Below, piece by piece: positions 38,890 through 50,766 of a stretch of 64,000 bases of DNA. Within the stretch, counting starts at the first letter, position 1; each line of letters starts with the position of its first letter. This DNA comes from Vicugna vicugna (Eukaryota). The DNA lies in contig MU058065.1 in the NCBI GenBank assembly GCA_013265495.1, positions 7,440,302 through 7,504,301 on the forward strand. The letters are read 5' to 3'. The position numbers were made by a program, and so were the translations under genes. Under the pieces are notes generated by a model that saw only the letters and a list, made by a program, of their open reading frames with translations, did not search any database and was not told the DNA's origin.

Positions 38890-39082
38890 TGCATGCTTTT
38901 ATTTTGGGAGTGTCTTGGCTATTCATTGCTCTTTGTAATTCCATATAAATTTTAGAATCAACTTGCCAAGTTTCTAAAGAGTCATTTAGGACTTTCAAAA
39001 TAGGAATTATACTGAACATATAAATCACTAAATATGAACATCTTCATGATATTTAAGCTCTTTGTTCATTTAAATCTTTTTT
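38890..39082 (-). mobile_element. Inverted L1M ORF2 segment
   Basis: Reverse strand translates LGKLILKFIWNYKEQ*IAKTL, matching L1 ORF2 LDKLILKFIWK..GPRIAKTIL. Confidence 0.8.
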
Positions 39083-39084
39083 AG

Positions 39085-40200
39085 TTAAAAAACTAAAAAT
39101 ATAAAAGAAAATATCTTTATTTTCCCCATCCTTTGAGATAGAGAAAAAATTTCTTAAACAAGACACAGAAAGACCAATGACAAAGAAATGATTGATACAC
39201 TTGACATTAATAAAAATAAAACATTTTCTTTATTAAAGGCTAGTACAAAGAAAATGAAAAACAAGTAATATATTATGAAAAGCTATTTTACTGACCCAAG
39301 AATTAATGAATATTTAGCCCTGGAATATACGAAGAGCTTCTACAAGTCAACAAGAAAAAAATGAACAACAGAAAAACAAGCAAATTATTTGAAACAGCAT
39401 TTCATGGAAGAAAATATAAATGGTGAATAAGCATATAAAATGCTTAGTCCTATGAATATCCAAGAAAATACAAACTAAGATAATAATGAGATGCTTTTTA
39501 AAGCTTCTCAATTGGCAATATCAAGAAGTCTTGGAACACCAAGTGTTGGTGGGGTTAAAGTAGATTAAAGGGAACTCATAAGTTGAGTCTACATTAATAA
39601 AATGACTTTGGCCAACAATTTGTCATTCTTTGTAAAGTTGAATATTTGTAGTCCCTAAGACCCAGTAATTTTAATTTCAGGCGTGTATTCCAGAAGAATT
39701 CTTACGTAAGTGTACTAGAAAACAGGTAAGAATGTCCACAGCAGCATTATTCATGATTGTAAAAACTGGAGAGAACTTAAAAGATGAATATTTCTTTGTG
39801 CCATCTTTGCACAGCATAACGGAACAGTCTGAGTGGAAATGATTGATCTGCAGCTACATAAAGCAGCAAAGATCGATCTCATAAACATAATGTTCTGTGG
39901 AAAAACCCCGTTGCAGAAAACTTTGTGATATATCTTGCCATTTTTATAAAATTCAGAATTTAGCCAAGGTGCACAACTTTCTTTTTTGTTAAATACATGT
40001 GTAATAAAATTATCAACAAGTCAAGGAAATTATATCAACTGAATGTTAGAGAATGTTTACCTCTGGAAGGCAGGAGGATGAGCTAGGAAGAGGCACACAG
40101 GTAGAAAGAATGGAACTGGTAATGGTCTAGCTCTTAAACTGGAATGTAGGCACGTAAGTTTATTTTATGATTGTGCATCAACACTTAAAGATATCCTTTT
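39085..40200 (+). mobile_element. L1ME-like ORF2 C-terminus and 3' UTR
   Basis: tttcttaaacaagacacagaa...ccaagtgttgg...gacccagtaatt...aagaatgtccacagcagcattattc...gatctcataaacataatg...ttacctctgg. Confidence 0.85.
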
Positions 40201-40469
40201 GAATGCATCATACTTACATAGACACATCTGCATAGCTACACATACATGGTATAAGATGTGTTCCTGACAGGTGGAATTGCAAGGAGTCCTAACTCATACC
40301 AAGTGGGAGCATTGCTCTTCTTTTATTAAATTAAACAGATAAGATTTTATTGTAACACAGCTAGACAAGAATTTTCCAAATCTGCAGAATGAGAATGAGC
40401 TCCAGTAATCTGAAACAAATTACTGAAATGAGATCTCTTTGAGGTTTCAAACTGGAGAGTAGAAGACAC

Positions 40470-40610
40470 ACAGGATAAGCTGACCTCCAGTGATCCATAC
40501 CCTGTGGATAATCCCCTCGAGTGTGGGCAGGACCTGTGACTTGCTTCTAACCAATAGAATATAGCAAAGGTGATGGGATATTGCTCTCAAGATTAGGTTA
40601 TGCTATATGG
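40470..40610 (+). mobile_element. MaLR LTR 5' fragment (MLT1E/F-like)
   Basis: gagtgtgggcaggacctgtgacttgcttctaaccaatagaatatagcaaaggtgatggga...gattaggtta. Confidence 0.8.
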
Positions 40611-40687
40611 TAGGCAGGGGAGAAGAAAGGGTCTGGACCCAGCCTGTTGTCTCAAGCTCCTAATACCTGGAGAAGCATTCTAAACAG

Positions 40688-40872
40688 CAGGGATAGATTT
40701 ACCAAGAAGCCAATGAACTTAAGTTTCAGGACCCTTCCCTAATACCTGCTTCTTCCAAGGCCCTGGGAGAGTACCCAGCAATTTTGCATTTGTAATTTTG
40801 GATTCATTTTACTTAAAAGGTCCTCATAGACTTGCAAAAGCTGAAGGTTCCACAAAACCTGGATCTACCCAG
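40688..40872 (+). mobile_element. MER53-like hAT MITE
   Basis: cagggatagatttacc..gaagccaatgaa..ttaagtttcagg...ttccaaggccctgggag...gtaattttg...ccacaaaacctggatct. Confidence 0.75.
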
Positions 40873-41834
40873 GTAGACTACAGAGAACAGGGAGCCTTTG
40901 TACCTGCAGATTATCAGGTAAGAAGTTTGCAAATAGAGGTGTTGTTGAACAAGTACTTAAACTAAAGTGCCAAGTTCCCAGAGGAAAGATTTCTTTTATT
41001 GGTTAATCCATTCATTCGTATCATTGCAGAAATACACTGCCTCAATGCAGCTCTGACCCTCCAGCCATGTGTGCTGATGCTCCTAGAGCCTTGCTTGGAG
41101 ACTTCATCTTGATATCCCATCCACCTTTACCTACCTGTCTTAGAAATCGCAGTGACATCTCACATTCCACATCTGTAGTTTTATACCAGCCTTGCTTCCC
41201 ATCTCTGAGCATGATGAGCAGAGAACTTCATCCTCCTGATTTCATCAGCTTCTCACCTGCTGTAGCCTTTCTCCCAGCCTCTTTCCAATGGGGTCATTGA
41301 TGCCTTTCTAGAAATCCTAGCATGCCTGAGTGCCTGGGGACTGATGCTGACTTTGCTTTGCAGGGGGAGGCTGAAAAGCCCAGTGCAACCATATAGTTTG
41401 ACACTGCCAATTCCCCCCCAAATCTGTTAATGCATCCTGGAGTGGAAAGTCATAGGCCACAACTGCTCCACATTGAGCGGATAAACAAACCATAAATAAC
41501 TCTGTGGGCACATCATAAACGTGGGGCCAACCTGTCTTTTCCAGCCCATCTGTCTCTAAAGGTTAAAGGAGTAATGTGAGGTAGAGAGTCTCCTTCCCAG
41601 GGGCTTTAAGCGAAATGAAGGGATCAAAACTTAAACCAGAAGTTTCTCTCGTGGGTGGAGTGCAGCATCTGGGCTTCACCTTTGCTAAAGCCAGAACAAG
41701 AGGAAGGGGACTGGTATAATTGAAAGAGGGAGAGTGTATAGACCAGGGAAGGAAGTGAAAGAACAGAGACTCTATTTTAGAAAACACTTAAAAATAAATC
41801 TTTTGTCCGTGTATATTTACGAACACATATGCGT

Positions 41835-41867
41835 ACACACACACACACAAACACACACATATACACA
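41835..41867. repeat. Imperfect (CA)n microsatellite
   Basis: Read directly. Confidence 0.85.
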
Positions 41868-41925
41868 GACTTCTGCATGACTAGAAGACACTTTCATCTT
41901 TACCTGTTAAGAGAACATTGTAACA

Positions 41926-42337
41926 AGGGCTATAGTTAGGCCACAAGCATGTTGAAATTGGCCCGCATATGTCTTCTCTTTAATCCACGTAGGTTTATAA
42001 ATATTTTTATATGAAATACCTTAAGAAAGTTTAAGTACTTTGCAATTTGCTATAGTCTCCACCACTCCCTAACACCATCCCTGACACTCCTCACAGTGTC
42101 TTTTACCTCTCTGGCCTCTAGAACAGGGTTTCTCAACCTTGGTACTAATAATTCTTTGCTATGGGGCTGTCCTATGCACTTTAGGATGTTTAACAGCATC
42201 CCTGACCTCTAGGTGCAGGTAACACCCCCCTGCACCAAGAAGTTGTGACAATCAAAAATTTCCAGGTGTCTCTTGTGAAACAAAATTGCTCCAGGTTGAG
42301 AATACCTACTCTAGGGTATATGAATTTACCATCCATG
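41926..42337. mobile_element. MER102-like hAT-Charlie element interrupted by MER20
   Basis: tttgctatagtctccaccactcccta...ttacctctctggcc[MER20]...gtatatgaatttaccatccatg follows the recalled MER102 end. Confidence 0.55.
42124..42308 (-). mobile_element. MER20 (internally deleted) with 8-bp TSD
   Basis: cagggtttctcaaccttgg...ggggctgtcctatgca...ggatgtttaacagcatccctg...agttgtgacaatcaaaaa...ggttgagaa; TSD ctctagaa / ctctaggg. Confidence 0.88.
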
Positions 42338-42624
42338 CTAGAGGTTTTCTGAGAATGAGAGAGTAAAGCATTTTACTCAAGTCTCCTAGCTAGTTAGTGC
42401 GAGTACTAGGAGTAGTTCTATGAGTTAATATTCCTAGCACAGTGCTCTTTCGCCCATAGTATGCATAGTAAATCTCCCATTATGTAAGTCTTATAAGCAG
42501 CATTTATCAAAGGAAGGTTACTTGCCAGTTTCAATATATATTTTGGGGTGAAATGCCCAGTTGCATAATATTGAGGTGATTACCCTGTCTCTGACCTAAG
42601 TTTCCTCACTATTTAAAGGAGCCA

Positions 42625-42747
42625 TGGTGATACCTGATATCAAGCCAGTCTGTACTAGATGGCCAGAGTGGTGGCTGAGGCTGGCATTATCTGATTGGTT
42701 GGTGATTATGACATATTCATTGTTAAATATTTTAACTATCATCCTAC
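42625..42747. mobile_element. Short hAT-like MITE (family uncertain) inside a MIR
   Basis: ggtgata...tatcatcc imperfect inverted termini with ttgttaaatatttt; MIR sequence on both sides (gtttcctcactatttaaa / cctacctt...gtgaggattaaataag). Confidence 0.45.
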
Positions 42748-42854
42748 CTACCTTATTGGATTCTTGTGAGGATTAAATAAGAGGGTCCAAATAGTGATGG
42801 GAACATTCTAAACCTGTAACACTCTTAGCTATTATTTTTATGCCCCAAATCACC

Positions 42855-43308
42855 ATCAGGTAAAAGAAGGAAGTCCATATCTACTACTGTGACCTTATGT
42901 CCTACTGTCCTCCTCTCCTTGGCATGACCTAGCCATGGTCTTTTGTTTTTCTACTTTAGACTCATTCCTACCTCAGGGCCTTTGCACTTCCTGTACTTTC
43001 TACCTAAAGTGCTTTTACCCCAGGCTTTTATTTTGCTCTCTCTCATTATGCGTATTTCTGCTCAAATGTCACATCTTTAGGAATTCTTTCCTAAACTTCT
43101 TTAATAAAAGAGTACCTACCTACTCAATTCCACATAGCTTTGTGCTGTCTGGAATACTGTCATTGATTGATGATGATGGTGATGATGTGTCTTACCTCCT
43201 CTTCACAAATAAGGGACTTTGTCTTGTTTGTGTTCTAGCTCCAGCATCCTACCATATTATGGTAGAAGCAGAGAACCAAGATGCTCAATTAATACTTGTG
43301 GGAGGAAT
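42855..43308 (+). mobile_element. LINE-2 (L2a) 3' portion
   Basis: cctcagggcctttgcact...ctgctcaaatgtcac...agggactttgtcttgtt...tgctcaattaatacttgt. Confidence 0.8.
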
Positions 43309-43599
43309 ACACAAAGCAGGGAGTTTTGGGGATGTGGTTCAATGACTTTACAGATATTTCCATCACGTTCCAGTTCTCACCCCTGAAAATATACCTCATC
43401 TTTATAGGTTATTGCTGTTGGCCCCACTGCCTCCTCAGGTGACTCAAATTCTGGAGCATGATTTTGATCAAGGTCCAAATGAATATGTGTGGAAAAAGAG
43501 AGTTCAGTAGAGCATCTAGGCTTTACACATGAAGGAAACATTACCCATCTAGGACTCTTAACACTGGGAAGGCTGGATACCTGAGTGGAAATTCAACAT

Positions 43600-44530
43600 C
43601 AGAGAAAATCTCACTATAGGGACTCACTCTTCCCTTGACAAGAAATTCTAGAGTCAATTCTTATCATTTCACCCCTGCAGTCCAAACTATGCAGAGTTTA
43701 TCAAGTACATCACAAGATTCATGGCTTTCAGAGTGCTGGGAATGTAAGTGGGAATGGGGCAAGTTAACTCTCAATGGTCAATTTGGTATCATTATATTAC
43801 TTTAGTACCCATTGGCATGTTCCAGTTTGATCTCTTTTGAAGAAAGTATTTGTTGGGGCCCAAAGAAAATATTAAAAGTCCCATTTTTTTTCTGAGACTG
43901 TGAAAGGGACTCATGACGCAGATCTGCTTTTACTCCTGCCTGCTCATACACAGCTTTTAGCTCCCCTGATGTTTCTTGGGGTACTCACTGGAATTCACTC
44001 TTGTGTTCACCAATATGTCTGTCAACTGCACGTCACTGCTTGGATTCTGTCATTTTTCTCTTTCCTGCTTTGGTCCCCTGACCATTGTCTTCAATTTCCA
44101 AAGCCACTGGGGAACTCTGAATGCTGCCATCACTAAAGTTTACTCCACATTAATGCCAACGTTTATGCCAAGAGGATCATCACCCTAAGTTGTCAGTCAA
44201 GAGCAGTGCTATGGCCTTGGCCGAGGTAGGACAATGACACACTCCCCACCTCTCTGTCACACATTTCCATAAAAACTGCAGTTACTGAAACCTTTATGGT
44301 AGCCGCTTCCTTGGACTTTCCTCTAATCCCGCTAGCCATAGTCTTGAGGCCAAGTAATACACTAGACACCATCTCCTCTTCTCTATTACCATCTGATGCT
44401 TGCATATATCTCCCTCTTTCCCTTTCAGATGGAAACAAAAGCCCCCATGCAAATCAGCTGCAGCTACACCCAAACATGCCTGAATTTCATTTAAGAACAG
44501 GGCTATCTGGGCTCTTCCAGGAAAAAAGAA
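43600..44530 (-). mobile_element. Possible highly decayed ERVL-class internal (gag-pro) remnant
   Basis: The reverse strand gives *VPQETSG near 43985 (cf. ERVL gag GVP.E.IDG), then WAPTNT near 43860 and MGTKVI..IP near 43810 (cf. protease DTG..VTLIP), in the expected order; all matches are weak. Confidence 0.3.
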
Positions 44531-45468
44531 CACATGCCTTTACCTTTATGGTCTGATGAAACAGAACTGAGTAGTAAGGCTCATCGCCATCTGTCTAGGT
44601 AGATTTACTTTGTCTAGCACTCTTTCCCCCGATGGCTTTGCTCTTTTGCTCTTCAGTTTTTGGCTTGAAACCTAGATTTCCTGGAACTTTTGCATTAATT
44701 CATAGCCCAAAGGCATGAAGAATTAAATGGAAGTCTTGTGTGACTTGGATCTCACTACAGAAACTGGGCAGGTGGGCGTCTACACAACCCTCTCTCCTTG
44801 GTTCGCGTTCTGTTGTTAGTCTATCCCTCAACTGAATGAGGCCAAATTGACATGCTGCTTAACAAGCTATGGTCAGAAAAAGGAGCACTGTGCAGAGCTC
44901 TCAGAAGGCCCCTCTCCATGAGAAAGTATATCGCAACACCATATGTACATTATGTTTCCTATTTAAATTCTACCCCTCCTTTAAGAGACCAACTAGATGT
45001 CATCTATCCTGTGTGACCCCCTTCCTTTCTCCTAACACTCATCCGAACATTGTGGATTTGCATTTATTCTCCAAATGCTCTCATAGCTCTTCATAATCAA
45101 ATCCAGGCTGTTGAAGTGCCTTATACCATTTACTTGCATCAACTCTAATAAGATGCACATTTTGTGAGGTTAAATATAGAGTGCTGTAACCATGGACATC
45201 ATGCCTCATTCTGGGTCTTTCTCTTGATAGATGCTCCACGCTGCTACTGTTCAGTCCATTTCACAATTTTGTTAGAAAAGGCAATTCTTCAAGGAGAGTG
45301 TGACAAATTAATTTTATAGGAGACTTTCACATCAGTTGTGTTAAACTTTAACCCCACTCAAATTCATAAATAAGTAAAGCAAAAAGAAACCAGCATCATT
45401 TTTCAAACAAAATGTAGCTCTTTTGACTAAAACTCTGAATAAATGACCAACTCTCCCCCTTTTATCAT

Positions 45469-45473
<5 letters not shown>

Positions 45474-45500
<27 letters not shown>
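45474..45500. repeat. (CA)13 microsatellite
   Basis: Read directly. Confidence 0.95.
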
Positions 45501-45902
45501 TGTTTTGTGTGAATGGTCCCCATTGCTTTGCATAAGACTGAGGATTATAATTATAGTCAGGAGCCTGAGATAATCCTGATTTGCCACTTTCTAGGCCCCC
45601 TATTGTGATTAGAATTAAGATTTTTAGAAATATGAAGATTTCAGGGTGATGTGAAGCTGACAACGACACTGTGGGAACTTGTGAAATGTGACATCCTAAT
45701 ATTAATAATCCAATCATATAAAGTGTTCCTGGTCATGTCTGGTTCAAAATGGGACTGAAAATATTGAGCACATTTAAACTTTTTATTTGTGTTCATTTGT
45801 GTATTTATTTACTTACTGCTCACCTTGTTCCAAAAGTGATTTAGGGCAAGAGATCTAATTTGGATTTGGTTCATGAGATAAATATCTATGAAATTATTTA
45901 AC

Positions 45903-46372
45903 CCACAAATTCAATGTGAACCAAAAGTAATAACCTCATAGTAACTGCACTGGGCAGGTGTCACCTGGATGGATAATCCACCTGTGCATACAGCACCTTA
46001 GGAAGGCAGACAGAGATGGAACACAGAGCAGGTGTATAGTTCAGTGTAGGGCTTAGAACCTTTATCATATAAAGAAAGTTAAAGGGCTCAGGGATATGAT
46101 ATTAGTCTTGAGAGGTAAAGAATTGGGATATATCTGAGAAATGCCTTCAACTATCAAGAACTTTCACATGGAGCAGGCCGCACTGCTTTCTAAGGCTGAA
46201 CTAGGATTGATGCACAAAACCTATAGTGATGCAGATTCTCATGCAATGAAAGAAACAACTTCTAAACAAAGATTTCTAACAGAGTATACAGCTGTCTTGC
46301 GAGGCAGCATGCTCCCCTGCACCAGAAGCTTAGATAGAGTCTCTGTGGCCACTCGTGGGGATATCACAGGGA
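45903..46372 (+). mobile_element. L3/CR1 LINE 3' region
   Basis: Collinear with recalled CR1/L3: ctgcactgggcagg..cacctgga, tcatataaagaaagttaaaggg, ccttcaactat..aagaactttcacatgga, gaactagga, gcagatt, aacttcta, gaggcagcatgctcccc. Confidence 0.7.
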
Positions 46373-47392
46373 GAGTTTGTCCTTTCTGGTCTTCCAGGGC
46401 CCGGTCCAGGGAGGGCCTGAAGCCTGGGAACTGAGCCAGCCTGAGTGGCACCTGTTACTGGGGCAGCAGCCCCAAGAGGTTCTGTACCAAAAAAAAGGGA
46501 TGTGGATAGTAAAACCAAGAGTAACATAGAAGAATGAAGAGCCAGATATGTCATGAGTGGGTCACCAAAAAGCAAGGGCAGAACAGACAAGAAGCAAGAT
46601 AAATACATTAGGGGTGGGTGGAGACAAGAAGGATCTGATTTCATGAATTCAGTCTTTTGGTAATGGCATTCTACTGACAGGGAAGTTGACTTGTTTGACT
46701 GAGTCAGGTGGGTATTTTTAAAATTAGACATACACACCTGACAGATTCTTGCTTTAGTAGGATGTTAGATTTCTAACCCTAATATTCTTTAAACCTATAA
46801 GTCAATATCCTCTTGTGCTTGACTGTTTTATTTCTACCAACCTCATTATCATCAACAGAGACACTATGAATGAGCCTATGGCTTCATCCAAACTCTATGG
46901 CTTCTTGTATCTCCTAAAAACATAAGCACTAGGTTAGGGAGCTAAATATCAGAGCTCTTCACTTAACCATCCTAGTCTTCAGATTCTTTATCTGCAAGAA
47001 GAAGGAGCTACAAAGAGAGAGAAGCTCTAGTTCCAACTCTAAATTACCAGGAAGGGGCTGTAATTTTCTAATTCTCTTTTGTAACTTTAAGTGTTTTTCC
47101 TTACCCCAGGCATCATATTCCATGACACATATTAGCTAATATTTTTTTCTTGGCCTCCAAGTGCATTCCCCTGGTCCCCAATCAATGATACAATCTGGTG
47201 ATGGAAATACTTCTCTAACAGTACTGGCTGTAGATGTCATGGGACTCTGGATGATGGAGGTCAGACAAAGCCCAAAGGAAGTGGTAGGAAAAGGGGAAGA
47301 ACATCAAAACGTCTACATAAAGGAATAGGACTTCAAGGCCTGGTTTTAAAGAGTTTTGTAGAAGGAAAACAACATTTAACTTCAAAAGTCAA

Positions 47393-47908
47393 ATTCTTAT
47401 TGTGGGCTTCCCCAAAAGCAGAATCTGAGATAAGGCAGAAATATGAGTGGTTTATTGGGGAATCCAAGGTATAGATATGAGGGGCAGTGAAGATGACCTG
47501 GGCAGGAGGGACAGGCCATCCAAAAGTGGTCACTGGGTTGGTAACCATGAGGAGTGACTAGGTACTTGACCTGTGGGACTGTCTGAGAAGTCTTATAAAA
47601 TGCATTTTAGAACTGTCCCCCTGTGGGGGGTGGTACAGAAGGACATCTACCAATTAGTTCTCATTTCCGATTTTCAAGAATTCTCCCACAAGTGTTAACC
47701 CTCCAGATCTTTGGGGTTGTGCATGAGAAATGCTGAGGGATTGCCACAGGCATCCCAAGCTGTGACATCAAAGAAGCTTCAGGGCATGAATCAAGGAGGT
47801 GAGGAGCTCTCAGGTGATTCATGGCTGAGGCTTAATGAAGTCTTCAGGGAACTGGTCACCATAGCCATGGGGTAATGACTTGAAATAGATAGAATCTGTA
47901 GTAATACA
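47393..47908 (-). mobile_element. ERVL-class solo LTR (LTR40/LTR16 group)
   Basis: cccaaaagcagaatctgagataagg...gtggtttattgggg...gggactgtctgagaag...aaatgcattttagaactgtcc...gtgttaac; ends in taataca. Confidence 0.6.
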
Positions 47909-49670
47909 TGAGTTGTCCTATATACATATATTTTTTCATATATATGTAACCCATGTTTCTCTAGAGTGCATCCCTCAGAGTGTACAGCTATAGCAACCCC
48001 AAGTTCACTTCCTCTCACTCCCACCCGAAAACTGTAGCTCCCAGCTAATAATTTCACGAGTACCCTTGAACAAGTCTGATGGACTCCCATAGAGGATCCA
48101 CTGAGCACTCCCACTGCTTCTCCAGGGGACTGCTGTTCCTCTTGAGTGCTGCCACCTCTGCTGGGTACTGCTTCTGCTCCTGCTGAGAAGTGCCAGCCCT
48201 GCCCTAATAACCATGCCACCCTTAAAATCCTTTCTCCTCTGCAATTTCAGGGCTTGGCTATTTGGCCAGGCTTCTTACTCTCAACTCATTCATTTTGATG
48301 AATTCATTCATTTTCAGGAGACTTCTCAGTTCCTTATGGAAATAGACTCTGGGAAGTAGGGTCTCTAGGTAGCCCATTGGTGAGCACAGCTTAAAATTGG
48401 TACTAAACCTACATCAGTTTAACTTGAACATTTACCATAAACATAAAACAAATGTCACTCATGAGATCCATTAAAGGAAAGATCTATAACCTTTGGAGCT
48501 AGGAGTGGAGGATAACGACAGAATGAGAGAGAATCTGGATGCTCAGCTAGAGAGCAAAAGAAGTGAGCATTCCAAGTCTCCTATATTTTCCTTGTACTAA
48601 TAACTGTGACTACTTCACATCCCTGGACCCATGAAAAGTGATTATTTGTCTTTAAAAAATGATATTCTTGTACTGAATTCAATTCTGAAAGTCATCACTC
48701 CCATGCTTCTAAGTTTCTAATATTTTCCAGAGAAGGTATTTCAGTGGCTTTATTTATCTATGTTATTTAACTGCTCGCTATCTAGAATTCCCTGCAAATG
48801 AGTACTGCAAAGCCCACATGGTCTCCGGAGCCATTTCCTAGTCAAGACCCACTGGAGACAGAGAACAGTTACCATATTCTGTATACCCTATAGACTTTAT
48901 AAATATGCTCTAACTGAGTATCTAGGTGGCTACACTTCCCTGCATCTTAAATTTTCATATTTGAGAACCAGGGATAAGTTGCTACTGAGTCATTTCTTCC
49001 CAGTGTAGCTAATTCCAAGTCCAATAGAAAATATAAGGAAAAGCTATTTACCAATCTTTTTACCTGCAAATGCTTTTCGTGAGTCCTCTCATGGTCCTTT
49101 CTTTGGAGTGCCCTAAGGGCAGTGGAGCCTTAATATGGTTCTTTTCAAAGAAATCTAAACCCTTTTGAGGTCTGAGTTAGCTCATCGTCTCCTCTTGTGC
49201 TCCTTCCTCATTGGAGAATGTAGTAAAACAGAGAAAAGGACAGAGGCAGAGGGCCAGGAAGAGGCATCTTCATGGTCAGGAAGAAACTGTCATGGAAAGG
49301 ATGACAGGAAGCAGGATATTGGAGGATGAGATAAGTTTCCTACTTAAGACTTTTTTCCTGTTGTTTTATAAAAGCATAAACTCTAGCTGGGTCTTTTTGT
49401 CTGTCGATCATGGCTGCTGCGCTTGCAGACTACTGACAGACAGAAAGGGACCTTCTGAGTTCATTTTATGTGGTTTAATGTCTTCAGACAGAACTTAAGT
49501 CACTGTACATAAACACAGAAGAGAGGGGGTAGAAATAGAAGGGTTATAAATGGAAATCTATGTAAGTAATGATAATAATAACAACTATGACAATAGTAAT
49601 TAATAACTGACATTTATTGAGCGCTACTGTATGACATGGTCTTGCTTATTTGATCCTCAATTGACCCTAT

Positions 49671-50766
49671 TGTATTAGTCTGGAACCTTTTGACTGCAAG
49701 TGATAAGACCTTAATCAAGCTAGTTTACACATCACTTTTTGGCTTTGAATCCAGATATGTCTTATTTCCAGGTCCAGGTGATTTAAATGATGCAGTAGGA
49801 CTTAGTCTTACTCCCCTTCCCTAGGTCCAGCTTTCCCTGGGTTAGCTCTATTCTCAGAAAGTCTCCCTCTTGATGGCCAGTTGGCTACCAGGAGTTTGAG
49901 ACTTATGTCTTATCTTCATGGAAAAGAGGGATCGTGTCCTTGCTTGGCTCTGACAAATTTCCATAACAGAATTTTATTAGCTATCCTTGGGTCTTGAATC
50001 CATCCCTGAGCCAGTCAATGGCCATAGGTGTGCGATGTTCAGCTGGCCAGGCTCAAGTCCCACGATAGTCCTGAGGGCTGGGATAGGGTAAAAGGACTGA
50101 GAGTGAGAGAGCTAGTTCCCAAAGCAAATTTGCAGTCATAGAAGAAGGAGGAAAAACTTTGAAGTATTATTCATTTTGTCCAAGGCTGGATAGTAAGTTT
50201 CCAAGAATATGTTTCCTATATGGTACCAGTTTAGAGTTAGCCAAAAGAGGAAGATTCAAGAGGAGAGAATTAAGCAGAAGCCACTCCTCTAAGAGGCTGT
50301 CACGGTCAGACACAGTCATGGCAATAATAATAAACACAGAGGAGCCTGGCTTGTGCTCTATTTGTCCAGCTTGTCTTCTGTTTGTGCAGCTTGTCTTCCC
50401 TGCTCTTGGCCCTGCTTTGTGTGTGGTCAGGCCACCACAAAGCACTTAGCTGTGGACCCCCAGACAGTGGCGTCAGAGTCCCCTCCTCAGGCCTCCCCTG
50501 GTGATCCCACTTCTACTGTGCACACTCGGTTTCTCAGATTCTCCTGCGAGCTCTGATGTGTCCCTCCTCCTCACCACTGACTCAGGCAGACTGCTTAGCG
50601 ACCAATTCCCTACTTCTCCAAAACCACCCTGCACACTCAGCTCCTTCTCTGTTTGTTCAATTGTTCTTAATAAAACCCCCTTATTCCCATAACACAGTCG
50701 CTCTGTCTTCCTGACTGAACTCTGATAGATACACTGCAAGAGTAAACGTGACATATGTCCAGGATA
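49671..50766 (-). mobile_element. MaLR LTR (MLT1K-like) interrupted by LTR41
   Basis: tgtattagtc...gactgcaagtga...aaatgatg...ccatccctgagccagtca...ggccaggct...ttcccaaag; a terminal piece catatgtccaggata lies after the LTR41. Confidence 0.7.
50160..50733 (+). mobile_element. ERVL solo LTR (LTR41-like)
   Basis: ttagagttagccaaaagaggaa...ggtcagacacagt...tccagcttgtc...gctgtggaccc...tcccactt...aataaaacccccttattcc...tgaactctgatagataca. Confidence 0.8.

Noticed and set aside
46876..46905. Short direct repeat ctatggcttc x2 (also tcattcatttt x2 near 48287-48312)
   Set aside because: 10-11 bp local repeats are common slippage products with no further structure.
47791..48219. 142-aa reverse ORF
   Set aside because: It runs across an LTR boundary and a TA-rich tract; no homology recognised.
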